Shown: in pieces, positions 1 to 8,775 of the stretch | Position numbering within the stretch: the stretch's first letter is position 1 | Layout of the letters: each line of letters begins with the position of its first letter | IMG/VR virus record: IMGVR_UViG_2609460059_000007 | Source of the DNA: a virus | Taxonomy: Duplodnaviria > Heunggongvirae > Uroviricota > Caudoviricetes | Strand: one strand, 5' to 3' | Length of the DNA stretch: 21,966 bases | Notes under the pieces: model-generated | The model's input: only the letters and a program-made list of their open reading frames with translations | Told to the model about the DNA's origin: nothing | Databases searched by the model: none | Made by a program: the position numbers and the translations under genes

Positions 1-1275
1 ATGGCCATTAATGTGCTTTCCCCCAAACAGATAGAAAACGCCAAGCCGAAGACCAATGATTACAAACTTACCGATGGAGGGAGTTTGTATCTACTGGTAC
101 GAAAGACTGGTGGAAAATACTGGCGTATGAATTATCGTTTTGATGGAAAACAAGTGACATTGGCATTAGGGGTCTACCCAGATGTCTCACTTGCAACAGC
201 GCGGAAACGGCGTGATGAAGCCAGGCAACTACTAGCCGATGGTCGTGATCCTCGCGAAGCAAAGAAACCCAAAAAGGAAGACCCAATTTCCCCCACGTTC
301 GAGAGTGTTGCCAGAGAGTGGCATAGTGGAACGATGGGGCATCCTGAGTGGAAAGAGATCACCCGTAAAAAAATTCTCCGAGAAATGGAAAACCACCTCT
401 TTCCTGCCATCGGTTCAAAGCCTATCGATACGCTCAAAACCCGTGACTTGATGCCGATGCTGGTTGAGATGACTGAGAAAGGAATTGGTGCCACAACGAG
501 CCGTGTAAAAACCACTATGACGAGCATCTTCCGTTATGCCGTGCAACGTGGAATTGTCGATTACAACCCTGCCCACGATCTAAAAGGTGCAATTACGGCC
601 CCCAAAGTACGACATCGCCCCGCACTACCTCTCGAACGTTTACCTGAACTGTTAGCGAAAACGAGAAGTTACACGGGAAGACCATTGACTCGCCTAGCAG
701 TTCTCTTTTCCCTGCACACTTTTGTGCGATCCAGCGAACTACGACATGCCAGATGGGAGGAGATCGACATTGAAAATGGGCTATGGACGATACCAGGACA
801 ACGTGAAGAGATCGCAGGGGTTAAATTCTCAGATCGGGGTGCAAAGATGGGGGCTGCTCATTATGTCCCGCTATCTAGTCAGGCTATCGGGGTACTGGAG
901 GATATAAGGAAAATCAGTGGTGAATATCTGCTGGTTTTTCCCGGTGACAGCAACCCATATAAACCGATGAGCGAAAACACAGTTAATAAAGCACTGCGAA
1001 CGATGGGTTACGACACTCAAACTGATGTTTGCTTGCATGGGTTCAGGGCGATGGCCTGCTCTGCACTGACCGAATCAGGACTCTGGTCACGCGATGCAGT
1101 TGAACGGCAGATGAGTCACCAAGAAAGAAACGAAGTGCGGGCAGCATATGTGCATCTTGCGCAGCACATGCAGGAACGCCGCAGAATGATGCAATGGTGG
1201 TCTAATTATCTGGAACTAAATAAGGACGAATTCCATGCTCCTTATGACTTATCAGGTATTAACATTATCAATTAA
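1..1275 (+). CDS. int: P4-type tyrosine integrase (site-specific recombinase)
   Basis: 424-aa ORF; N-terminal region (YKLTDGGSLYLLV, KYWRMNYRFDGKQ) typical of P4/CP4-57-type integrase DNA-binding domain; C-terminal part with HGFRAM and conserved His/Arg/Tyr-containing region of tyrosine recombinases. Recognised from memory, no search run. Confidence 0.9.
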   Translation: MAINVLSPKQIENAKPKTNDYKLTDGGSLYLLVRKTGGKYWRMNYRFDGKQVTLALGVYPDVSLATARKRRDEARQLLADGRDPREAKKPKKEDPISPTFESVAREWHSGTMGHPEWKEITRKKILREMENHLFPAIGSKPIDTLKTRDLMPMLVEMTEKGIGATTSRVKTTMTSIFRYAVQRGIVDYNPAHDLKGAITAPKVRHRPALPLERLPELLAKTRSYTGRPLTRLAVLFSLHTFVRSSELRHARWEEIDIENGLWTIPGQREEIAGVKFSDRGAKMGAAHYVPLSSQAIGVLEDIRKISGEYLLVFPGDSNPYKPMSENTVNKALRTMGYDTQTDVCLHGFRAMACSALTESGLWSRDAVERQMSHQERNEVRAAYVHLAQHMQERRRMMQWWSNYLELNKDEFHAPYDLSGINIIN

Positions 1276-1305
1276 ATACTCTTATAATTTAAAACAGAGG
1301 TCATA

Positions 1306-2187
1306 ATGCAGCATTCAACAGAGAATGAAACTATATTCTTAGGAAATCTATGGATTGACAAAAAAATACCACCATTAGAATATTGTTCATTTGAACGCGC
1401 TTCAAGACTATTAGAATGCGAGATTGATGATTTATTACATCTATACGAAATAGGCGCTTTTAATATCGCATTCAAGGCGGATGGACTTGCAGTTAGATTT
1501 AATGTTAATTTCCTCAATAAAAATCAGAAAATGGAAATTGACTTAATTCATCCCGTATTAACTAATCAATCACTAGAGATGGAATTTTCAACAATATGGT
1601 ATGACCTTAAAGATGATTCCTTTGAACATTTTGAAAATGGGCTTCAAATTATAGGATTTGCCTGTGGTATTTGGTACGCCGATGATATGATAAGTGACAT
1701 AAAAAATGGATTAGCTATAGATCCAGATTATGAATTCAGGCTTAAACCGGTAAAAATACGAGATAATGTTTTGATGGCAACGGCCTCATATGAAGGAAAT
1801 AAGGTCATTGAGATTCCATTTGAAGATCTTCTTATCATGCGAAGAGATTTAGAGTTAATATGGAAATCAGTAAAAACTGGAATTCCTATGCCAAGTTTAC
1901 TTACGAAAAGAATTTCATCTGAACCTAAAATCCCCAAGCGATTAAATAACACTGCTGAGCATCATGCAAAAAATAGGGAGGGGTTATTAAATGCAGCCAT
2001 ATATATATTAGCAAAATACCCAAGCGAATGTCGTGGTGAAAGAAAAGAGATAAGTCCTGAAAAGTGGACTAACGCCATAATTAAACATTTAGGAGAGCTA
2101 CCTCCAATATTTATCACTAATGAACAAGAAATCTTAAGAAAATTACGATTAGCGGTTAATCATGCGGGATTAAAACAAAAGGGGTAG
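1306..2187 (+). CDS. Hypothetical protein, AT-rich orphan cargo gene between int and alpA
   Basis: 293-aa ORF starting 31 bp after int stop with GAGG Shine-Dalgarno 7 nt upstream; codon usage visibly more AT-rich than flanking int and alpA; no motif I can assign. Confidence 0.6.
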   Translation: MQHSTENETIFLGNLWIDKKIPPLEYCSFERASRLLECEIDDLLHLYEIGAFNIAFKADGLAVRFNVNFLNKNQKMEIDLIHPVLTNQSLEMEFSTIWYDLKDDSFEHFENGLQIIGFACGIWYADDMISDIKNGLAIDPDYEFRLKPVKIRDNVLMATASYEGNKVIEIPFEDLLIMRRDLELIWKSVKTGIPMPSLLTKRISSEPKIPKRLNNTAEHHAKNREGLLNAAIYILAKYPSECRGERKEISPEKWTNAIIKHLGELPPIFITNEQEILRKLRLAVNHAGLKQKG

Positions 2188-2289
2188 ACTGAAACAATCT
2201 ACAGGTAGAGTTGATTACACTACCTTCACAGCATTTTGATATCCCCATAGTATCTGCCGTGTTCATTACATAATACGGCAGGTAATTTC

Positions 2290-2505
2290 ATGACATTAAA
2301 AACTTATCCTATCACTGGACATGCCCGCCCACGAGCTACTGCTGACTTTTTGCAAATAAGTACGGTTACTCTCTGGCGCTGGGAAAAGAACAATCCTGAA
2401 TTTCCCAAATCTATACGCATTTCAAAACGGGTATCTGTTTACGATGCACAAGAAATTAGGCAGTGGGTTAAAGCTCAATCAGCAGGATTGGAGGAAGTAG
2501 TATAA
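2290..2505 (+). CDS. alpA: AlpA-family phage transcriptional regulator (excisionase-like DNA-binding protein)
   Basis: 71-aa ORF with the AlpA-type helix-turn-helix signature (FLQISTVTLWRWEKNNPEFPKSIRISKRVSVY); typical position after int in P4-like elements. Confidence 0.85.
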   Translation: MTLKTYPITGHARPRATADFLQISTVTLWRWEKNNPEFPKSIRISKRVSVYDAQEIRQWVKAQSAGLEEVV

Positions 2506-2554
2506 TGACAATATTAACAAAGCTGGGGAGAAAAAAGCCTCCCCAACGTATTAA

Positions 2555-2749
2555 TCAATTCTTTGGTTCTAAACCTCGGCTTTGTAACTCTTTGCGTAGA
2601 ATGCGCTTGATCCAAGCCGCTAGCGATTCATCGCCATCCTGCTGTTGTGCTTGTTCCATCAGTTCACGCAGTTCAGGGTCAAGTCGGAACTGGAATGGCG
2701 GATTCCCACGTCTTTCATTTTTGTGTGTTGACACGTCAATTACACCCAT
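2555..2749 (-). CDS. Arc/MetJ-type ribbon-helix-helix DNA-binding protein, putative satellite repressor
   Basis: 64-aa ORF with beta-strand/helix/helix pattern FQFRLDPELRELMEQAQ...ESLAAWIKRILRKEL characteristic of Arc-like RHH proteins; divergently oriented from the downstream operon, with palindromic operators in the shared intergenic region. Confidence 0.6.
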   Translation of the reverse strand: MGVIDVSTHKNERRGNPPFQFRLDPELRELMEQAQQQDGDESLAAWIKRILRKELQSRGLEPKN

Positions 2750-2783
2750 TGTAATGTATTTATGTGTAATGACACATTACACA
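2728..2783. promoter_or_regulatory. Divergent promoter/operator region with perfect palindrome GTGTAATG-ACA-CATTACAC and related half-sites
   Basis: 21-bp perfect palindrome at 2763-2783; additional CATTGTAATG and TTGAC-AC-GTCAA partial palindromes at 2728-2760; TTGACA at 2728-2733 as possible -35; lies between Arc-like gene start (2749) and Icd-like gene start (2866). Confidence 0.5.
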
Positions 2784-2865
2784 CAGAAAAACAAAATAGC
2801 AACGCCCCGGAGTGTTTGCAGCAGCACCGAGGCGTCTGACCAGCACGTTATATGAGGTAACGAAG

Positions 2866-3042
2866 ATGGCTAAACAGAAGTGTACCTGGTTATTTGCGGC
2901 GATCAACCGCAGTCAACGCAATGCCCGTCCTGTGATGTTAAGGATCACCGCAGATAACGAACGATCAGCGCGGCGCAGACTTGCCCCGGACTATGTACTG
3001 AGCTTTGCCGGGCGCATTCCCTGCGGAGGTGAACATGCGTAA
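2866..3042 (+). CDS. Putative Icd-like host cell division inhibitor (P4 kil/icd positional analog)
   Basis: Internal ATG of listed ORF 2812-3042 preceded by GAGG at 2854-2857; product MAKQKCTWLFAAINRSQRNARPVMLRITADNERSARRRLAPDYVLSFAGRIPCGGEHA resembles, from memory, the Icd-like small proteins of P4-like prophages (L.ITA...ARRRLA...FAGR.P motif). Not verified. Confidence 0.45.
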   Translation: MAKQKCTWLFAAINRSQRNARPVMLRITADNERSARRRLAPDYVLSFAGRIPCGGEHA

Positions 3043-3394
3043 TTATCCGCACCCCGGCGAACGCTGGCAGCATGAACGTGGCTGGACGGTCACGATTATC
3101 CGATTAATAGAAGCCTCGCCCTCTGTGGCGCTGGTTAATCCTGAATTCAGCTGTGAAGTGCTGATACGTCATGACAGCGACAACAAGCTTTCTTCCTGCC
3201 CTCTGGCATGGTTTGAACAGCGGTATACGCGCCTGTTTGATGTACCGCTCTTGAAGCCTGCACCAGCTCCTGCTGGCGGTAGTGGTTCCGGCCCGCTGAC
3301 ACTGCATCCGTCTGTGCTATTTATCCGCTGGCGGGAGCGTAGCATACGGCGTTCTGCTGAGCCTGACGACGGTCACTATTCAAAGTTTCTCTGA
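3035..3394 (+). CDS. Hypothetical satellite protein
   Basis: Internal ATG of listed ORF 3005-3394 with GGAGG at 3025-3029; 8-bp overlap with upstream gene; codon usage consistent with neighbours. Confidence 0.5.
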   Translation: MRNYPHPGERWQHERGWTVTIIRLIEASPSVALVNPEFSCEVLIRHDSDNKLSSCPLAWFEQRYTRLFDVPLLKPAPAPAGGSGSGPLTLHPSVLFIRWRERSIRRSAEPDDGHYSKFL

Positions 3395-3425
3395 CAAAAT
3401 ACCGCTGAAAACGGAGTAATCCACG

Positions 3426-3710
3426 ATGAATATTTCAAACGGGCACAACGGTGCTCAGGGCCACACTTTGCCTGAAAAACACAATACCGGTGCTTTTGCC
3501 TATGGGTTGTCAGAGGACAGTTTCGGAAAGCTGACCCGCGCAAGAAATGCCTGCGACATGCTCCAGCTTCTCTTTTCTGAATACCCGTCTCAGGCCGGAG
3601 CACTGGACGCAGGCTGTGCGCCTGGTGTCGCCGCGCTGATGGAGTACCTGCTGGCAGATTTGACGGATATTGCACACAGCTGCGCACTGATTGAAGGAGG
3701 TGCCAGATGA
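3426..3710 (+). CDS. Hypothetical protein, possible positional analog of P4 epsilon (94 aa)
   Basis: 94-aa ORF; stop overlaps next start (ATGA), suggesting translational coupling into the primase operon; size and position similar to P4 epsilon but no sequence-level recognition. Confidence 0.5.
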   Translation: MNISNGHNGAQGHTLPEKHNTGAFAYGLSEDSFGKLTRARNACDMLQLLFSEYPSQAGALDAGCAPGVAALMEYLLADLTDIAHSCALIEGGAR

Positions 3711-4090
3711 ACCAGCCGCAGGTTTCCATTTTCCCGGTAGAAATGACCACCGCGCTTTACCGGCGGGCTATTGCTTCAGCATGGCGGCAGAAAATGCTGA
3801 ACGAAACTGGCAGTGATCAGTATGGTCCGCACAGCCTGACGGTGGAGCGTATTGAAATGGCCATTGCGCTGCATATCGAGTGCGTACTGATTAACGAGTA
3901 CGGCGAAGTGCAGGGCGCCGCTGCCGCGCTGGCACTGCTGACTGACATGCTGGAGCCGTCACTGCTGACCGCGCCGCCGGTACTGACCGCGCGCGGCTGT
4001 GAAGTGATGGCGGAGATGTACCGCACGCTTCCGGCGGCCTTTGATGACTTCTGCAGTACCGGTGTGACGTTGTATGAGGGGGAAGTATGA
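3707..4090 (+). CDS. Hypothetical protein immediately upstream of primase
   Basis: 127-aa ORF; ATGA overlaps on both sides (3707-3710 and 4087-4090) indicate an operon with the primase. Confidence 0.55.
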   Translation: MNQPQVSIFPVEMTTALYRRAIASAWRQKMLNETGSDQYGPHSLTVERIEMAIALHIECVLINEYGEVQGAAAALALLTDMLEPSLLTAPPVLTARGCEVMAEMYRTLPAAFDDFCSTGVTLYEGEV

Positions 4091-6759
4091 CAATACAGAC
4101 GGTTACGCAGGTTTCAGCCGCCGCACGGGGGAAATGGCCCGTTATTCTGCAGATGCTGCGTATTGATGTACCTGAAAACGGCAGGCACGGTCCCTGCCCG
4201 AAATGTGGGGGCAAGGATCGTTTTCGCCTTGATGACCTTGACGGGCGCGGGACGTGGATCTGCAGCCAGTGTGGCAATGGTGACGGTCTGGATCTGGTTA
4301 AGCTCGTAACCGGTTACAGCGTCAGAAAGGCTGCGCAGGAGGTGGCGCAGATGCTTAATGTGCCGGATATGCAGGAACTGCCTGTTAAGCCTGCCAGACA
4401 AAAAGCCCCTAAACGCGACATGGGTCTTACCGTGGCGGCGCTGATGAAAGAGAGCCACACGGGAGAAAGCGCCTATCTGACAGGAAAAGGGTTCGCCGGA
4501 TACCCGGCCTCTCTGACCGGAAGCGTACAGCATATCAGCGGTAAGGATTTTCCTGCCGGTTCCCTGCTGTTACCACTCACGACCAACACCGGAGCCGTGA
4601 CCGGTGCACAGCTTATCGCCCCGACGGGTGAAAAAAGCATACTGCCCGGCAGCACGATGAAAGGCGCGTTTGTGTCGCTCAGCCCGTTACCGTCTGAACC
4701 ACCGATACAGGTGGTGATTACCGAAGGTTACGCTACGGCGCTGACGGTAAGCCAGCTCACTGCCGGATGCGTAGTGGCTGCCATATCTGCGGGCAACCTG
4801 CCCAATGTGGCGCAGTCGCTGCGGGCACGCTGGCCTGAGGTAAAAATTATCATCGCCGGTGATAACGATTTTCAGGACGGGGGTGAGAATCCCGGCAGAG
4901 CCTTTGCTGAACGGGCGGCAAAAGCTGTTGGCGGCTGGATGACGCTGCCACCAGGAGAGATTAAGGCTGACTGGAATGACTTTCATCGGGAGCACGGTAT
5001 TACCCGTGCCCGTGAAGCCTTTCGCAACGGTCTGGTACTCTGCGGGGAAAGCCGCACGCAACTGCCGCACGGGTTCCGTCTTACCCAGGAATATCTCTGG
5101 TATGAAAAGCAGGTACAGCGCAACGGTGAGACGGAGATCCAGAACGTCAAAATATGCAGCCCGCTGCGCGTGACGGCAATCACCTGCGATGCCGATGGCG
5201 GTAACTTCGGACGACTGCTGGAATGGGAAGATACGTGGGGTGAGTGTCGCCGCTGGGCGATGCCGATGGAAATGCTGAGCGGCAGTGGTGAGGAACTGCG
5301 CCGGGTACTGCTGGTTAACGGGCTGTCTTATATCAGCACCACCGGTGAGGCACGCGCACGCCTGATGGAATATATCTCACTGTGTAAACCGGAACGCCGC
5401 GTGACCTGCGTCAGTCGTACTGGCTGGCATGGTCAGGTTTACGTCCTGCAGGATGAGGTCAGCGGTGAAGGTGCAGAGGGTGTCATTCTCCAGACCACTT
5501 CCGTGCAGGGGCGTGATTTCCGCGTGTCGGGCACAACAGAGGAATGGCGGGAGCATGTATCCCGCTACTGTACCGGCAACTCCCGCGTGGCATTTGCTGT
5601 CAGCCTGGCCTTTGCTGCACCACTGTTACGGCTGGTTGGTATGGACGGCGGCGGCTACCACCTCAAAGGGGAATCGACAGACGGTAAGACCACCACCATG
5701 AAAGCAGCAACCTCCGTCTGCGGCGGGCCTGACTACTGGCAGACGTGGCGGGCAACCGGCAACGCGCTGGAGGGATGCGCCAGCCGCCGCAACGATGCCG
5801 CCATGATGCTTGATGAGATCCGGGAAGTTGACGGACGCGAGGCAGGCAATATCGCCTACATGCTGGCAAACGGTCAGGGCAAGGGCCGTGCCGGTACGGA
5901 CGGTGAGCTGCGTACCCGTAAGCAGTGGCGCCTGTTGTTCTTTTCAACTGGCGAATTGTCTCTGACCGAACATGCGGCAAAGGCCGGTGAGCGTACTTTT
6001 GCCGGGATGGAAGTCAGGATGATCCAGATCCCCAGCGATTCCGGGAAGTTTGGCGTTTTTGAGGAGCTGCACGGCTTCGACAGCGGCAAGGCTCTGGCAG
6101 AGCATCTTGAATGGGCCACGTCCTGCTACTACGGTTCGCCGTTCCGGGAGTGGCTGAAAGCACTGACCGCTGATCTTAACGGACTAACGGCACAGGCAAA
6201 ATCGCTGATGAAGGAATATGCTGCCGCCCTGACTCCGAAAGATGCAGGCAATCAGGTGGGCCGGGCTGTGAACCGCTTTGCACTGGTGGCGATGGCAGGT
6301 GAACTGGCAACCCGTCTGGGTATCACCGGCTGGCCTGAGGGTGAAGCACTGCGGGCAACCCGCGTCTGCCTGAACGCATGGCTGAAAGATCGCGGGCACA
6401 CCGCCAATCAGGAAGATATCGCCGCACTGGAGCAGGTTCGCAGTTTCTTTACCGCGAATCAGTACAGCCGCTTTGCAGACTGGTATGACGAGCGCAACCG
6501 CCCCGGCAATATGGTGGGCTGGCGAAGGGTGGAGAAAGGCAGTACCGCGCAGGGCACGGAAGCTGTCACTACGTTCTATGTCATGCCGTCCGGCTGGAAA
6601 GAAATCTGCAGGGGATTTGACCCGCGCAAGGTGGCGCGTCTGTGCGCAGATCGTGGATACCTGCTGCCCTCCACTGATGGCAAACTCCAGACAACCATTC
6701 GCCCGCCAGAGATGAATCCCCGCAGGCTCTATGTCTTCAACAGCGAGGTGCCGGGTTAA
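4087..6759 (+). CDS. P4 alpha-like primase/helicase (zinc-binding primase domain + TOPRIM-like region + P-loop NTPase)
   Basis: 890-aa ORF; N-terminal CPKCGG...CSQCG zinc-binding motif typical of P4-type primases; Walker A-like GESTDGKTT around residue 525; large size and position before iterons match the P4 alpha replication protein. Confidence 0.9.
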   Translation: MTIQTVTQVSAAARGKWPVILQMLRIDVPENGRHGPCPKCGGKDRFRLDDLDGRGTWICSQCGNGDGLDLVKLVTGYSVRKAAQEVAQMLNVPDMQELPVKPARQKAPKRDMGLTVAALMKESHTGESAYLTGKGFAGYPASLTGSVQHISGKDFPAGSLLLPLTTNTGAVTGAQLIAPTGEKSILPGSTMKGAFVSLSPLPSEPPIQVVITEGYATALTVSQLTAGCVVAAISAGNLPNVAQSLRARWPEVKIIIAGDNDFQDGGENPGRAFAERAAKAVGGWMTLPPGEIKADWNDFHREHGITRAREAFRNGLVLCGESRTQLPHGFRLTQEYLWYEKQVQRNGETEIQNVKICSPLRVTAITCDADGGNFGRLLEWEDTWGECRRWAMPMEMLSGSGEELRRVLLVNGLSYISTTGEARARLMEYISLCKPERRVTCVSRTGWHGQVYVLQDEVSGEGAEGVILQTTSVQGRDFRVSGTTEEWREHVSRYCTGNSRVAFAVSLAFAAPLLRLVGMDGGGYHLKGESTDGKTTTMKAATSVCGGPDYWQTWRATGNALEGCASRRNDAAMMLDEIREVDGREAGNIAYMLANGQGKGRAGTDGELRTRKQWRLLFFSTGELSLTEHAAKAGERTFAGMEVRMIQIPSDSGKFGVFEELHGFDSGKALAEHLEWATSCYYGSPFREWLKALTADLNGLTAQAKSLMKEYAAALTPKDAGNQVGRAVNRFALVAMAGELATRLGITGWPEGEALRATRVCLNAWLKDRGHTANQEDIAALEQVRSFFTANQYSRFADWYDERNRPGNMVGWRRVEKGSTAQGTEAVTTFYVMPSGWKEICRGFDPRKVARLCADRGYLLPSTDGKLQTTIRPPEMNPRRLYVFNSEVPG

Positions 6760-6792
6760 GGCTTTGCGTGAGTCTTATTTATTAAGGGTAAC

Positions 6793-6981
6793 AGGTGAAA
6801 CGGGTGGAACAACCGTATTTTACAGGGCTGAACCTGTTCCACCTTCTGAAATAGTGAGGTGGAACAGATGTAACGCCAGCCAATCCGCTGTTCCACCTTG
6901 TTACCCGCGATGTTCCACCGGTGCAGTGTATATAAATGCCTTATAAAACAAAGCTGTAACACATGTTTCACCTGTTCCACC
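6793..6981. repeat. Iteron cluster: six perfect copies of TGTTCCACC/GGTGGAACA plus two variants, in both orientations; putative alpha-binding replication element (P4 ori/crr-like)
   Basis: Perfect 9-mers at 6803-6811, 6835-6843, 6858-6866, 6889-6897, 6911-6919, 6973-6981; variants GGTGAAAC (6794-6801) and TGTTTCACC (6964-6972); AT-rich stretch tatataaatgccttataaaa at 6929-6950. P4 ori and crr carry TGTTCACC octamer iterons bound by alpha. Confidence 0.65.
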
Positions 6982-7069
6982 GCATCAGGGACATAAAGCA
7001 GACTGAAACAGAGGGCATTTTTATCTGGCTGGCTTTCATAGCCACGTCTGAATAACCGCAAGCGCCCGT

Positions 7070-7125
7070 TGTGCCAGCCACCACACACTGAGCACCGATA
7101 GTGTGCTTGTGTCAGCCACGACACA
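7070..7125 (+). promoter_or_regulatory. Candidate Ogr/Delta-dependent late promoter upstream of sid-like gene: two TGT-N12-ACA dyads
   Basis: TGT(7070-7072)-N12-ACA(7085-7087) and TGT(7108-7110)-N12-ACA(7123-7125); P2/P4 late promoters carry a TGT-N12-ACA element centred near -55; the first dyad is about 80 bp upstream of the ATG at 7160. Confidence 0.4.
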
Positions 7126-7159
7126 ATTGACGTAACGAACCAACCCGACAGGAGAAGTC

Positions 7160-7903
7160 ATGAACAATACCGCAGTAAATAACAACCTTTCCACTTTTCC
7201 GGCTGTAACGCAGCGGGCACTGGAAACCATGAACACAGCCAGAAACGCATGGCTTGAAGCACGTCGTCAGCAGAAAGCGGCAGCGGATAATATTGCGACA
7301 ATCCGCCAGCGTCGCGCTGAAATGGAAGCCACGACGAACACACTGAATGAGGAGTGGCGCACGCTGTTTCGTGAAAGTCAGGGCGTGGTCTCAAAGGAAA
7401 TGAAAAAACTGCGCACGGAAATTGCGCTGGGACGAGAAACGCTTGAGGATTTTGATGAGCTGCTGGCGGCTCAGGAAAGCGAAAATGCACTTTTGCCGCA
7501 GAAAGCTGCAGAATTAGCCGGAAAGTATATCCACGCGCATAACATTCTTGTGGATATTCGCGCAAAACAAATCTGGGAGGATTTTATGCAGTCGCATGGA
7601 AAAGCGCTTATTCAGACGCTGAGCCTGCTTAAATCCACAATGGGCCGGGAAGCCAGTGCCGTTGTGGGTGTGGTGAATTCAGTTAATGACCCGGACACAG
7701 TGCTGAAAGACTTTATTCATAAACATATCACCAGACCGGCTCTGGCTAACGATGCGATGCCTGAGCAGGACCCGGTGTTTAAACTGGCGGGAGTTGCCCC
7801 GGATTATGCGGCGCGTCTGGATTTCAGTAATCAACTCTCTCCGGCAGCTATGCATAAAATTAAGGTTCGTCAGGAACTCGCTGAGAAGGAGAAAGCAGTA
7901 TGA
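7160..7903 (+). CDS. sid: Sid-like capsid size-determination protein (Psu/Sid family)
   Basis: 247-aa ORF with AGGAG Shine-Dalgarno; N-terminal region (RALETMNTARNAWLEARRQQ) and internal FMQSHGKALIQ resemble the Psu/Sid family; first gene of the late module as in P4. Sid versus Psu-paralog assignment is not certain. Confidence 0.6.
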   Translation: MNNTAVNNNLSTFPAVTQRALETMNTARNAWLEARRQQKAAADNIATIRQRRAEMEATTNTLNEEWRTLFRESQGVVSKEMKKLRTEIALGRETLEDFDELLAAQESENALLPQKAAELAGKYIHAHNILVDIRAKQIWEDFMQSHGKALIQTLSLLKSTMGREASAVVGVVNSVNDPDTVLKDFIHKHITRPALANDAMPEQDPVFKLAGVAPDYAARLDFSNQLSPAAMHKIKVRQELAEKEKAV

Positions 7904-8451
7904 CGGCCCGAGGCACGCCTGACCAGGCACTTACCAGTTTTCGGAATGCCCGTATTCTGTGGGCCGGACATAGTGAGAGCCGAAAAGCCGTTGAACAACA
8001 GATAACATCTCTCCTCGCTGCCACAGAAAAACCAGCAGATTATGCCCGACAGCTCGAATTACTGCGGGAACGTCTGGATGTGCTGAAATGGCAAATTAAC
8101 TGTGCTGCGCGCGAATGCATTTACGCGCAGCATTTACTGATGGAGGCCTGCACAGAAGCCGCTCTCAGCAATTTTATGCAGGCGAATGGGGCAGCCCTGA
8201 CATCTGCACTGGCTCCGTTCCTGAAGGGGCGCGGAGGGGTTGACGTTGCGTCCCGTATATTACGCAGTGCTCTGGTTCGCCAGCTGGCAATAACACCGCC
8301 TGAAATTGCCGGGGATTATCGTGAGATCCTGGATGAATCCGGTTTGATACCTGACCCCGGGATGATTCGTGATTGCCAGGACTCTTACACCCCGGCACAA
8401 CATCTGCATTTTCAGCAACGCCTGAATGACATTAACGATATACAGGAGTGA
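7900..8451 (+). CDS. psu: Psu-like polarity suppression protein
   Basis: 183-aa ORF; segments VLKWQINCAARECIYAQHLL, FMQANGAALTSALAPFL and YTPAQHLHF align with my recollection of P4 Psu; start overlaps upstream stop (ATGA). Confidence 0.7.
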   Translation: MTARGTPDQALTSFRNARILWAGHSESRKAVEQQITSLLAATEKPADYARQLELLRERLDVLKWQINCAARECIYAQHLLMEACTEAALSNFMQANGAALTSALAPFLKGRGGVDVASRILRSALVRQLAITPPEIAGDYREILDESGLIPDPGMIRDCQDSYTPAQHLHFQQRLNDINDIQE

Positions 8452-8456
8452 TTTTA

Positions 8457-8729
8457 ATGGCACTTAAATGTCCGGAATGCGGTACAGTTGCACACGCCAG
8501 AACAGCAGCCTATGAAGCTCCGTCAGTTAAACGCTCGTGGTATCAGTGCCAGAATCTGGAATGTTCCTGCACATTTACGGCACTGGAGAGTGTGGATAAG
8601 ATAATCATGAAACCCCGGCGCAATGAACAGGAACCAGACAAATCACCCCCCCCGGTAAAACAACAGCAAACGCTCAATCGCTATGGCTCCGCGTCAAAAC
8701 TGTCAAGCCGTCAGCAGATTCCTGTCTGA
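8457..8729 (+). CDS. ogr: Ogr/Delta-family zinc-finger late transcription activator
   Basis: Product MALKCPECGTVAHARTAAYEAPSVKRSWYQCQNLECSCTFTALESVDKIIMKP matches the P2 Ogr pattern CPxC...AHART...YxCQNxxCSxTF...ESVxxxIxKP; I prefer the ATG at 8457 (AGGAG 9 nt upstream) over the GTG at 8448 used in the ORF track. Confidence 0.85.
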   Translation: MALKCPECGTVAHARTAAYEAPSVKRSWYQCQNLECSCTFTALESVDKIIMKPRRNEQEPDKSPPPVKQQQTLNRYGSASKLSSRQQIPV

Positions 8730-8749
8730 TTAGAAAAAACGCCCACGTA

Positions 8750-8775
8750 ATCCCGGTCGAGTACCGGGATTTTTA
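8750..8775 (+). terminator. Rho-independent terminator after the late module
   Basis: Stem ATCCCGGT (8750-8757) / ACCGGGAT (8763-8770) with 5-nt loop, followed by TTTTT. Confidence 0.7.

Noticed and set aside
68-527. Minus-strand ORFs (68-286, 174-527) and plus-strand 239-451 inside the integrase gene
   Set aside because: Embedded in or antisense to a well-supported integrase CDS; no signals of their own.
2505-2855. 116-aa plus-strand ORF overlapping the Arc-like gene
   Set aside because: Cys/Ser-rich low-complexity translation with no RBS; the opposite-strand 64-aa ORF has a clear ribbon-helix-helix pattern and is the better explanation.
4114-6399. Multiple antisense or off-frame ORFs within the primase gene (for example 4114-4533, 4687-5070, 5663-5980, 6184-6399)
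   Set aside because: GC-rich coding DNA generates long open frames on the opposite strand; the 890-aa primase frame carries the recognisable motifs.
6793-6981. Possibility that the iteron cluster or the PQ repeat is a CRISPR array
   Set aside because: Repeat units are 6-9 bp with irregular spacing and both orientations; no 25-40 bp repeats with uniform unique spacers and no cas genes.
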